Assembly: GCA_949295935.1 (NCBI GenBank)
Contig: CASFMW010000002.1
Location: forward strand, 290-64,289
Reading direction: 5' to 3'
From: an uncultured Pseudomonadota bacterium
GTDB lineage: Bacteria > Pseudomonadota > Alphaproteobacteria > RF32 > CAG-239
DNA length: 64,000 bases
Positions within the stretch are counted from its first letter, which is position 1, and each line of letters starts with the position of its first letter. Position numbers and translations under genes: made by a program. The notes beneath the pieces are model-generated. The model saw only the letters and a list, made by a program, of their open reading frames with translations, was not told the origin of the DNA and ran no database searches. Of this stretch, positions 52,760-59,970 are shown piece after piece.

Positions 52760-53262
52760 AATATAACATATAGAAGGATCTTAATAATAGAGACATTCTC
52801 CACCACTCCAAATATAATCACTATCACATTCACAACTAGAGTACAAGTCATTACAATCCTACCCTACTGAACCTATAATATGTTCTCCACTGCAGGTGTA
52901 TCTATAGACGAAATTACTGCACTAACAGAATGAACCGTTTCACACCTCATCAGGACGACAGCTCACCTCACAACTACGACCATTCTAATAATGGTCATAT
53001 GAGCAAGTACAAGCAGTATATTTTCCTCCACAAGCAGCTCCGCTAACACCAGAATAATCTGTTCCTGTACAGGTGTACTTATATTCACTGCCACACTGAA
53101 GCATACAATTTTTAGGCTTTGCATCCCAATCATAACCAGATGTACACCCAGATTTATAATAACGGTTTGAACTCTCTTTATATGTACAAGTAAATAGGAT
53201 TGGACGCGAGGCTAATGTCCTCAGATTTGGACAAGGTTTTATGATTTTTGTTTTAAGATAAA
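52760..53262 (-). pseudogene. Decayed Cys-rich repeat protein gene (no start codon, five in-frame stops)
   Basis: One minus-strand frame reads ...FTCTYKESSNRYYKSGCTSGYDWDAKPKNCMLQCGSEYKYTCTGTDYSGVSGAACGGKYTACTCSYDHY*NGRSCEVSCRPDEV*NGSFC*CSNFVYRYTCSGEHIIGSVG*DCNDLYSSCECDSDYIWSGGECLYY*. The periodic C-x-C...Y-x-W...C motif continues across the stops. Confidence 0.4.
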
Positions 53263-53270
53263 ATTATTGC

Positions 53271-53305
53271 AAAAAAGAGCATTCTTTTTCAAGAATGCTC
53301 TTTTA
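53271..53305 (-). terminator. Rho-independent terminator downstream of mlaC
   Basis: agagcattct (53277-53286) / agaatgctct (53293-53302). The A6 on the plus strand gives a T-run on the minus strand. Confidence 0.65.
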
Positions 53306-53326
53306 TCTAATCACCATCTAGAATAA

Positions 53327-53956
53327 CTAAGAAACCTTTTTATCTACAGCTTTTGTTTTTTCTTGCAGATTTTTAATCAAACCTGCAACACCATCCGGAG
53401 ACTGCTTAATAAATGCGGTATATTCATTACGCGCCGTTATCGCAAGGCTAACATTTTCAATAATGATATCAACGATTTTGAACTCATTACCGATTTGCTT
53501 AACACGCCAAACAACTTTTGCCGGCTCACCTTGTTCCATCGGTACTGTAGAATTTACAAAAATCTGATTAGCAGAGTTTGACGCATCAGTTCCTTTGAAA
53601 ATAAAATTACGTCCTTTAAATTCATCAAAGCGCTTTGACCAAGTCTGAACATTCAGCTCGCGATAAGCATCAATAAATTCTTGACGTTGCTCAGCTGTAG
53701 CCGTACGCCAATAACGCCCCAAAACAAACTGCCCAATAAATTGAATATCCAACGCGCTGTTAAACAACTTTGCAAAGCGTTTATCTTTTTCTGCCTGCGG
53801 AATATTTGCATTGATAATATTTTCAATACCGTCTTCGGTCACACCTTTAACAAAAGCCTCTGCCTTTGCCGCATCAACGGCAGCCTGCGCTCCCAAAGCC
53901 CAAACGCAAGACAACGCAGCAACCAAAGATAATAAAAACTTATTCATAAAGTCCAA
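53327..53956 (-). CDS. mlaC: MlaC/Ttg2D-family phospholipid-binding periplasmic protein
   Basis: 209 aa with a signal peptide. 'FAKLFNSALDIQFIGQFVLGRYWRTATAEQRQEFIDAY' matches the toluene-tolerance Ttg2D family pattern. It lies next to mlaA. Confidence 0.8.
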   Translation of the reverse strand: MDFMNKFLLSLVAALSCVWALGAQAAVDAAKAEAFVKGVTEDGIENIINANIPQAEKDKRFAKLFNSALDIQFIGQFVLGRYWRTATAEQRQEFIDAYRELNVQTWSKRFDEFKGRNFIFKGTDASNSANQIFVNSTVPMEQGEPAKVVWRVKQIGNEFKIVDIIIENVSLAITARNEYTAFIKQSPDGVAGLIKNLQEKTKAVDKKVS

Positions 53957-53968
53957 CTCCTAAAAAAA

Positions 53969-54769
53969 TTATTCAATATCAAAATCAAAATCATAACTAG
54001 CTGTCGCGTTTACAACATCTTCAGAACTCCGGCAGCCCATATTTTTACGATTTTGCAAATATGCAGAACGAACGGCCGTATAATAATCAACAGAGTTTCT
54101 TTCCAGATCATTCAAGAAATCCATATTAGCTTCCATAATGGTAATAGCCTGCAAAGCAGCATAAGCATAAGTTGCTTTATCACTAACATTTGCGTCATGA
54201 CGTGTTCCCCAATATACCGGATCAAACACAAAGCCTAAACCCATACCTACAGTCGAGCGAGGTGTTGCAGAACCAATAAACGGCAAGACCAAATACGGTC
54301 CGTCAGGAATGCACCATTTAGCAAAAGTCTCATCAAAACCGGTTGTTTTCTTTTTCAAGCCCCAGCCTTCGGCAACATCAAACAAGCCAAATAAACCGAG
54401 CGTAGAGTTAATAGCAAAACGAGCAAGTGTTATTCCCGATTCTTTCAGATTTCCTTGTAACAAGAAATTTCCGGTAGAAATAGGCTCACGAATATTATCC
54501 AATGAGTTCCGCACGCTACGACGAACAGATGGCGTTGTAACATAGCGATAACCACGAGCAACAGGCATCAACAAATAATGATAAAAATAATTGTTAAAAC
54601 CAAACATTGCCCGATTATAACTTTCCAACACACTATTCTCGCGCGTTTGATCAAAAGCGTCACTATCCGGCTCAGACGCATAAGATTGTCCGGCAATTAA
54701 ACCAAAAACCAAAAACAGTCCAAGCAGCAGCTTTTTATTCACGGTGATATCCTTTCCTCTGTACAACAA
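53969..54769 (-). CDS. mlaA: MlaA/VacJ-family outer membrane lipoprotein
   Basis: 266 aa. 'YNRAMFGFNNYFYHYLLMPVARGYRYVTTPSVRRSVRNSLDNIREP...NSTLGLFGLFDVA' is the VacJ signature. Confidence 0.85.
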   Translation of the reverse strand: MLYRGKDITVNKKLLLGLFLVFGLIAGQSYASEPDSDAFDQTRENSVLESYNRAMFGFNNYFYHYLLMPVARGYRYVTTPSVRRSVRNSLDNIREPISTGNFLLQGNLKESGITLARFAINSTLGLFGLFDVAEGWGLKKKTTGFDETFAKWCIPDGPYLVLPFIGSATPRSTVGMGLGFVFDPVYWGTRHDANVSDKATYAYAALQAITIMEANMDFLNDLERNSVDYYTAVRSAYLQNRKNMGCRSSEDVVNATASYDFDFDIE

Positions 54770-54843
54770 GCAACTCTTACATTACATATAACGTATAAAG
54801 TTTGTTTTATCAACCATAAAAAAAGATTCTTAAGGAAAAAAAC

Positions 54844-55611
54844 ATGAATATTTTTCACATATCGGACATTCACTACGATACACAAAATCCCGAAGGCATA
54901 AAAAAATTACAAAAAATCATTCAAAACATAAACGACCAAACAACCAAACCGGATGTTGTCGCCATCACCGGAGACTTAATCTGGAAATGCAATAAAGAAC
55001 TTTACGAACCTTGCTTCCAAGAACTAAACAAATTGCAAGCTCCCTACCTCGTCATCACCGGAAATCACGACAAATCACAAGATTTGCAAGAAGCACTGAA
55101 ACAATTTTCCCCCACTCATCCTCAATCAGAAGATAATCACAAACTGCAATATGTCTGCGACAAATTTCCCGTTCGTATTATCGGGCTTGATACATTTAAA
55201 GCAAACATCGGCGGCGGAGATTTAAGCGAGGAAAGCCGTCTCTGGCTGGAACAAAAACTTGAGGATAACTCCGAAGGTAAACCAACCATAATCTTAATTC
55301 ATCAATACACACTACCCACAGGGTCAGGATTTTTTGACCGCAACGCTGCCCCTTGGTATAAGGAATTTAATAAAATAATTGAAAAACACAAAGATACGGT
55401 AAAACTCGTCCTCTGCGGCCATCTGCATAATTCACTGAGCTCTCAAATATCCACCGTTCCGATAATCTCAGGCTTTAGCACCAACTGGGGCGAAGAATTG
55501 CTTAATCCGTCCAATCCCGAACCCAAAAGAGATTTCAAGCGCCCGCTGTCTTACTTAATTCACCACTGGGAAAATGAACGCTTTACAACTTATGTCGCCG
55601 AACTTAGCTAA
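54844..55611 (+). CDS. Metallophosphoesterase (CpdA-like calcineurin-fold phosphodiesterase)
   Basis: 255 aa. Motifs 'HISDIHYD', 'ITGDL', 'GNHD' and 'CGHLH'. Confidence 0.8.
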   Translation: MNIFHISDIHYDTQNPEGIKKLQKIIQNINDQTTKPDVVAITGDLIWKCNKELYEPCFQELNKLQAPYLVITGNHDKSQDLQEALKQFSPTHPQSEDNHKLQYVCDKFPVRIIGLDTFKANIGGGDLSEESRLWLEQKLEDNSEGKPTIILIHQYTLPTGSGFFDRNAAPWYKEFNKIIEKHKDTVKLVLCGHLHNSLSSQISTVPIISGFSTNWGEELLNPSNPEPKRDFKRPLSYLIHHWENERFTTYVAELS

Positions 55612-55704
55612 ATTTGTTACAATGTCGAAATCTTTTGTGTTTTGCCAAGCAAAATTTTTTGCTCTAATATCCGAAACAGTTAAAACATTTGTGAGGAAAA
55701 TAAA

Positions 55705-56865
55705 ATGACCAATAAACCTGCAAAACCGATTATGCTTTTTGACTGCAAAACATCTCAAAATGTTTTTGGCAGAGAAAACTTGATGAAAGCCTTTGAAAAA
55801 ATTTTGGATCACGGCGGCTATTGCCAAGGACCGGAAACCAAAGAGCTCGATGAAAAATTGGCTGCTTACTGCGGCGCTAAATATTGCTCAACCTGCGGCT
55901 CAGGAACAGATGCCTTGACTTTGGCTTTAATGGCTTGGAACGTAAAACCTGGAGACGCCGTATTTGTATCTTCTTTCACCTTTGTTGCCTCAGCTGAAGC
56001 TCCGGTTTTGCTCGGTGCTACACCGATATTCGTTGACTCTGATCCCAATACCTACAACATGGATCCGGAAGATTTGCAACGTGCAATTGATGAAGTCAAA
56101 AAAGAAGGCAAGCTGAACTTAAAAGCTGTTGTTGCTGTTGATATTTTCGGTTCTCCTTGCGACTATGACAAGATTATCAAAATCGCTCATGACAACGGCA
56201 TGAAAGTTTTGGCCGATTCTTGCCAATCATTTGGTTCTGTTTACAAAGGCAAACACGCTGGTAACATTGCTGATATGACCGCCACATCTTTCTACCCGAC
56301 CAAACCGCTCGGCGGCTATGGCGACGGTGGAGCAACCTTCTCTAATACGAACGAAGAAAACGAGCTAATAAAATCTTGCCGCGTTCACGGTATGAGCCCA
56401 GAAGACCACTATGACAATGTTCGTTTGGGCATGACTGGCCGTATGAACACTTTCCAGGCCGCAGTTTTGTTGCAAAAATTAACTGTTTTTGATCAAGAAT
56501 TAAAAGATCGTTTCAGAGTAGCTTCTCGCTATGACAACGAACTCGATTCTTATTTTGGCAAACAAAAGATTTTGGATGGTTGCAAATCTGCTTATGCACT
56601 TTACACCATCACCTGCCCTGACAGAGATGAGTTAATGGCTTATCTGAAAGACAACGGCATTCCTTGCGGTGCATATTATCCTCGTCCGGTCAACACTCAA
56701 ACCGCTTATGCAAAATGGAACACCCGCAGCGTTCCTGTTTGTGAAAAATTATCCAAGACCGCATTGTCTATCCCGATGACTCCGTATTTGGATAACGAAG
56801 ATCTTGACTACATCATCAAGACCATGAACGAGTTTGCCGCTCAGAAAAAAGCCAAAGCCGCATAA
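55705..56865 (+). CDS. DegT/DnrJ/EryC1/StrS-family PLP-dependent sugar aminotransferase
   Basis: 386 aa. 'GPETKELDEKLAAYCGAKYCSTCGSGTDALTLAL' and 'SFYPTKPLGGYGDGGA' (PLP lysine region). Confidence 0.9.
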   Translation: MTNKPAKPIMLFDCKTSQNVFGRENLMKAFEKILDHGGYCQGPETKELDEKLAAYCGAKYCSTCGSGTDALTLALMAWNVKPGDAVFVSSFTFVASAEAPVLLGATPIFVDSDPNTYNMDPEDLQRAIDEVKKEGKLNLKAVVAVDIFGSPCDYDKIIKIAHDNGMKVLADSCQSFGSVYKGKHAGNIADMTATSFYPTKPLGGYGDGGATFSNTNEENELIKSCRVHGMSPEDHYDNVRLGMTGRMNTFQAAVLLQKLTVFDQELKDRFRVASRYDNELDSYFGKQKILDGCKSAYALYTITCPDRDELMAYLKDNGIPCGAYYPRPVNTQTAYAKWNTRSVPVCEKLSKTALSIPMTPYLDNEDLDYIIKTMNEFAAQKKAKAA

Positions 56866-56885
56866 AAAGCAGCTTGGAAAACATC

Positions 56886-56923
56886 AAATCCCTCTTTGAA
56901 AAATTTCAAAGAGGGATTTTTTT
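56886..56923 (+). terminator. Rho-independent terminator of the aminotransferase gene
   Basis: aaatccctctttgaa (56886-56900) / ttcaaagagggattt (56905-56919), followed by a T-run. Confidence 0.85.
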
Positions 56924-56956
56924 ACCCGTTTACAGCAACATTATTCCCAGAAAAAT

Positions 56957-57099
56957 TTTGCTAAGGTAAGATAAAAATTAGTTTCAGCCCCAAAAACACC
57001 TATCTAAGCAACGCGACTTCTTGTCCCAATCAGAAAACAGCCAAGCGATGCCCGCGGGGGCCCCCCGCTCCTCAATATGGTACTAATTTCTGGGGTAAT
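56957..57099 (+). repeat. Cassette leader repeat, copy 1 (99-nt core 57001-57099 identical to 58345-58443)
   Basis: Direct comparison gives 99/99 identity for the core, which contains the GC palindrome gcgggggccccccgc. The 44 nt upstream are roughly three-quarters identical to 58302-58344. Confidence 0.9.
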
Positions 57100-57643
57100 T
57101 GAGAATAGAGAGAACCAAACTGAACAGAGTTATGGGTTAGGACAAAGTGATAATAACCAAGTATCTTTTTTACAACAGCGTTACGGATTGGGAAATGAAA
57201 ATCAGCAACAAGCCAAAGCCAATAACATCCCCAGATATTGGGATACGGCAGCTGATGGTGAAAAAGTTTGGAACTACGTTCAGCAGCAAGAAGGTAATGT
57301 CAGTCCTCAGAGCCAAAATATGTTTAGTTATGGAGCGTCTGGCATAATTGGCGGGGTTAAAACTCTTTATAATTATTTAACAATGCAGCCAAAATCTTAT
57401 ACAGACAAATATAAGCACGCCGTAATTAATTGTAGTGCATCACAATCTGGTGAAGGTGGTTACGATTTAGCAAATGCTTTTTCTAATTTTAAAGAAGATA
57501 GAGATATTTCATCAGGTGGGAATACTATTGACAGTAGTCATGCAGACCAGTATGCTAACAAAATAGGTAGATTACTTGGGACAAAATATCCTAATGGAGA
57601 ATGTGATGAGCTTGTACAAAGATATATTAACAAAAGGTGGTAA
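57077..57643 (+). CDS. Serum amyloid A (SAA)-like domain protein; possibly the frame-shifted continuation of repeat copy 1
   Basis: 188 aa. 'DKYKHAVINCSASQSGEGGYDLANAFSNFKEDRD..GGNTIDSSHADQYANKIGRLLG' aligns by eye with vertebrate SAA '[54 protein letters not shown]' (recalled from memory). The ATG lies inside the repeat and has no SD. Confidence 0.5.
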   Translation: MVLISGVIENRENQTEQSYGLGQSDNNQVSFLQQRYGLGNENQQQAKANNIPRYWDTAADGEKVWNYVQQQEGNVSPQSQNMFSYGASGIIGGVKTLYNYLTMQPKSYTDKYKHAVINCSASQSGEGGYDLANAFSNFKEDRDISSGGNTIDSSHADQYANKIGRLLGTKYPNGECDELVQRYINKRW

Positions 57644-57647
57644 CGCA

Positions 57648-57809
57648 TTGAAAAAAGCCATAATTTTAATTGGTATAATATTTGCGATTTTTTTTCTTTA
57701 CTTAATAGTTTCTTTTTTGAAATATGAGTATATTGACAAGCCTAAACTTATCAACCAATGTGTGCAAACAGGAAACTCTTTAGAAATTTGTAAAGGAAGA
57801 TTTGATTAG
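57648..57809 (+). CDS. Small single-pass membrane protein
   Basis: TTG start 7 nt after the SD aaggtgg (57634-57640) and 5 nt after the upstream stop. 53 aa: LKKAIILIGIIFAIFFLYLIVSFLKYEYIDKPKLINQCVQTGNSLEICKGRFD. The ORF track extends it to 57576. Confidence 0.4.
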   Translation: MKKAIILIGIIFAIFFLYLIVSFLKYEYIDKPKLINQCVQTGNSLEICKGRFD

Positions 57810-57826
57810 TAGTATGTCAATTGAAT

Positions 57827-57857
57827 AGAGGGCTGTATTTCAGCCCTTCTGAATTTT
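57827..57857 (+). terminator. Hairpin terminator
   Basis: agagggctg (57827-57835) / cagcccttct (57841-57850), followed by gaatttt. Confidence 0.5.
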
Positions 57858-58148
57858 ATGACTAGAAAAAATATTCATAGCTTAGAAAAGAATAGTCAGA
57901 ATCAAAATCAAACCTTGAGACAGCAAACAAATAACAATCATATATCTAATAAAAAAGGATTTATTGACAAATTTAATGAATTAGAATATATGACAGATAT
58001 TCCACATTCAATATCGACTGGCAATAAATTTATAGATAAAAATATTGCAAAATATGGAGCTAAAGCCCTTGGAGTATTAGCGAAAAGTCCTCAAGCAAAA
58101 TTTGTTGTAAAATATGCTAATATAATCTCTGCGACTACTGGACTATGA
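57858..58148 (+). CDS. Hypothetical Q/N-rich small protein sharing a C-terminal motif with ORF 58303-58656
   Basis: 96 aa. 'MTDIPHSISTGNKFIDKNIAK' compared with 'MSNISNPVKTGNNAVDFALGK' in the next gene gives 8 identities plus conservative changes over 21 residues. Confidence 0.45.
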   Translation: MTRKNIHSLEKNSQNQNQTLRQQTNNNHISNKKGFIDKFNELEYMTDIPHSISTGNKFIDKNIAKYGAKALGVLAKSPQAKFVVKYANIISATTGL

Positions 58149-58184
58149 CTTTAATTTTGTAATTTTTTCATAGAGGTGCAGTCA

Positions 58185-58325
58185 ATGGATATGTATAATA
58201 AATTTCAGTCGCCGCTTGGTTATCAGACCGGTGAAGGTCAGATTGACAGCTATGGCGTCGATCACAGCGGCTTTTCTACCCGTGATAAGTTAGAATATCA
58301 ATTTGCAAGACAAGATAAAATTTAA
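58185..58325 (+). CDS. Short ORF with a strong SD; likely the N-terminal part of a gene continued in the +1 frame (58303-58656)
   Basis: The SD gaggtg lies 7 nt upstream of the ATG. 46 aa: MDMYNKFQSPLGYQTGEGQIDSYGVDHSGFSTRDKLEYQFARQDKI. It overlaps the next ORF by 23 nt in a different frame. Confidence 0.35.
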   Translation: MDMYNKFQSPLGYQTGEGQIDSYGVDHSGFSTRDKLEYQFARQDKI

Positions 58326-58443
58326 TTCAAGTTCCGAAAACACATATCTAAGCAACGCGACTTCTTGTCCCAATCAGAAAACAGCCAAGCGATGCCCGCG
58401 GGGGCCCCCCGCTCCTCAATATGGTACTAATTTCTGGGGTAAT
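58302..58443 (+). repeat. Cassette leader repeat, copy 2
   Basis: 58345-58443 is 100% identical to 57001-57099. Here it is in frame with ORF 58303-58656 and encodes YLSNATSCPNQKTAKRCPRGPPAPQYGTNFWGN. Confidence 0.9.
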
Positions 58444-58656
58444 GGAAATTGCACTCCTTTTGGTATTGCCAAAAGAGCTTTTGAAGTGTATAAAATGTCT
58501 AATATCTCAAATCCTGTTAAAACCGGAAATAATGCAGTTGATTTTGCATTAGGAAAAATTCCAGCCATAAAAAAATGGAATACTGGTTTTAATATAGGTA
58601 AATTGGGATTTGTAGCACAACAAACATATAATGATACTTGTAAGCACAAAAATTAA
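58303..58656 (+). CDS. Hypothetical small Cys-containing protein carrying the conserved leader
   Basis: 117-aa ORF from a TTG with no SD. The N-terminal 47 aa are encoded by repeat copy 2. The C-terminal part is paralogous to ORF 57858-58148. Confidence 0.45.
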   Translation: MQDKIKFNSSSENTYLSNATSCPNQKTAKRCPRGPPAPQYGTNFWGNGNCTPFGIAKRAFEVYKMSNISNPVKTGNNAVDFALGKIPAIKKWNTGFNIGKLGFVAQQTYNDTCKHKN

Positions 58657-58735
58657 TAACCAGATTTTTTTGCAAAAGCTATTATAAAGGAGATAATATT
58701 TATGAAAACGTTCGCTTGGCATGTTTTAATTTTAG

Positions 58736-59125
58736 GTGGATTTTACTTTATTATCTCCTTGCTCTCTTTTTTTTCCGGAAAATTCCATTTTAAATACCAT
58801 AAACATAGCGGCATTTATTATTTTTGCCTTAATGTTTTTCATATTATGCTTTAAGAAAAAATATAATTTCATCAGCAGATTTAAAAACAAATTTACTAAA
58901 ACAAGTATTTATTTGGCCGCTCTCGGTATTGGTGAATATTTTAGTATTATATTCATCACTATTCCCGGAACAATTTATGGATACAAAATCGCTATGGCAC
59001 AGTATATCGGAGAGGAAATACCTTTAGCACCAATAAGCTATTTAAATAACATCTATTACATATATCTTATTATTTCATGCATTTCCCTTATCTGGGCAAC
59101 CTACAAAAGCTTTATAAAAAAATAG
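58736..59125 (+). CDS. Hypothetical polytopic membrane protein; the probable true start at ATG 58702 is separated by a T8 frameshift
   Basis: 129-aa ORF from a GTG, with about three TM segments. SD aaaggag (58686-58692) plus ATG 58702 open a 50-aa ORF in the neighbouring frame. A T8 run at 58767-58774 links the two frames. Confidence 0.45.
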   Translation: MDFTLLSPCSLFFPENSILNTINIAAFIIFALMFFILCFKKKYNFISRFKNKFTKTSIYLAALGIGEYFSIIFITIPGTIYGYKIAMAQYIGEEIPLAPISYLNNIYYIYLIISCISLIWATYKSFIKK

Positions 59126-59217
59126 ATTTTTATCATCATAAATATACGACGCCCCAACTTTCTAAACATCTTTATTGAATTTTGCGCCGGCAAATGCTCT
59201 GCCTATCTCAAGAAAAA

Positions 59218-59970
59218 TTAGCCGCCGCCCTTTCGGCTTAATTTTTTGAAGAGTTTTTTCTTAGATTTTGATTTTACTTTTGCCGCAAGCTTTTCCGGCT
59301 CAACAATTCCGCATGAAACAACAAACTTCAGCCCTTCTTCAACCGACATATCTAATTCAATCACATCTTTCTTCGGCACAAAGATTAAAAAACCGGAGGT
59401 TGGATTTGGCGTTGTCGGCACAAACACATTGAGCATTTCGTCTTGCAGTTTTTTCTTCACTTCACCTTTTGTTTCCGCTCCGAGAAAACCGATAACCCAT
59501 AGCCCCTTGCGCGGATATTCAAGCAAAACACATTTTGAAAAAGCTCTGTCCTGATTAGAAAAAATCGTCTCAAAAACTTTTTTCAATAATGAATAGACAC
59601 TGGACACAACCGGCAACCGCCGCACCATCCAATCGCCGAGATGCACAAAAAACCGTCCGACAAATCCGGCTGCAAACATACCGACAACAATCAAAAACAG
59701 CACCAGCAAAATAATTCCGATCCCCGGAACCGTCATCGGAATATGATACCGCTCCATAATCTCGGGAGGGATCAACCTATGAACCGAGTTATCAATCCAC
59801 AAAAAGATTTCATAGGCCATATAAAAAGTAATAGCTACCGGTGCCGTCACCAAAATTCCGGTAAAGAAATAGGCTCTTATTTTTTCACCCAGCTTCATAA
59901 AAACCGCGCGCTCACGTTCCAAACGAATACGTTTAATATTTTTAGCACGTTCCTTCACAACATCACTCAT
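59218..59970 (-). CDS. DUF502 domain-containing membrane protein
   Basis: 250 aa. 'IRAYFFTGILVTAPVAITFYMAYEIFLWID' and 'VFVPTTPNPTSGFLIFVPKKDVIELDMSVEEGLKFVVSCG' match the DUF502 pattern. The start directly abuts the recJ stop. Confidence 0.8.
   Translation of the reverse strand: MSDVVKERAKNIKRIRLERERAVFMKLGEKIRAYFFTGILVTAPVAITFYMAYEIFLWIDNSVHRLIPPEIMERYHIPMTVPGIGIILLVLFLIVVGMFAAGFVGRFFVHLGDWMVRRLPVVSSVYSLLKKVFETIFSNQDRAFSKCVLLEYPRKGLWVIGFLGAETKGEVKKKLQDEMLNVFVPTTPNPTSGFLIFVPKKDVIELDMSVEEGLKFVVSCGIVEPEKLAAKVKSKSKKKLFKKLSRKGGG

Noticed and set aside
57040-57070. The GC-rich palindrome gcgggggccccccgc as an integron attC or CRISPR repeat
   Set aside because: There are only two copies, embedded in a 99-nt identical block. 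No integron integrase or cas genes are present, there is no regular spacing, and no R''/R' attC core sites are recognisable.
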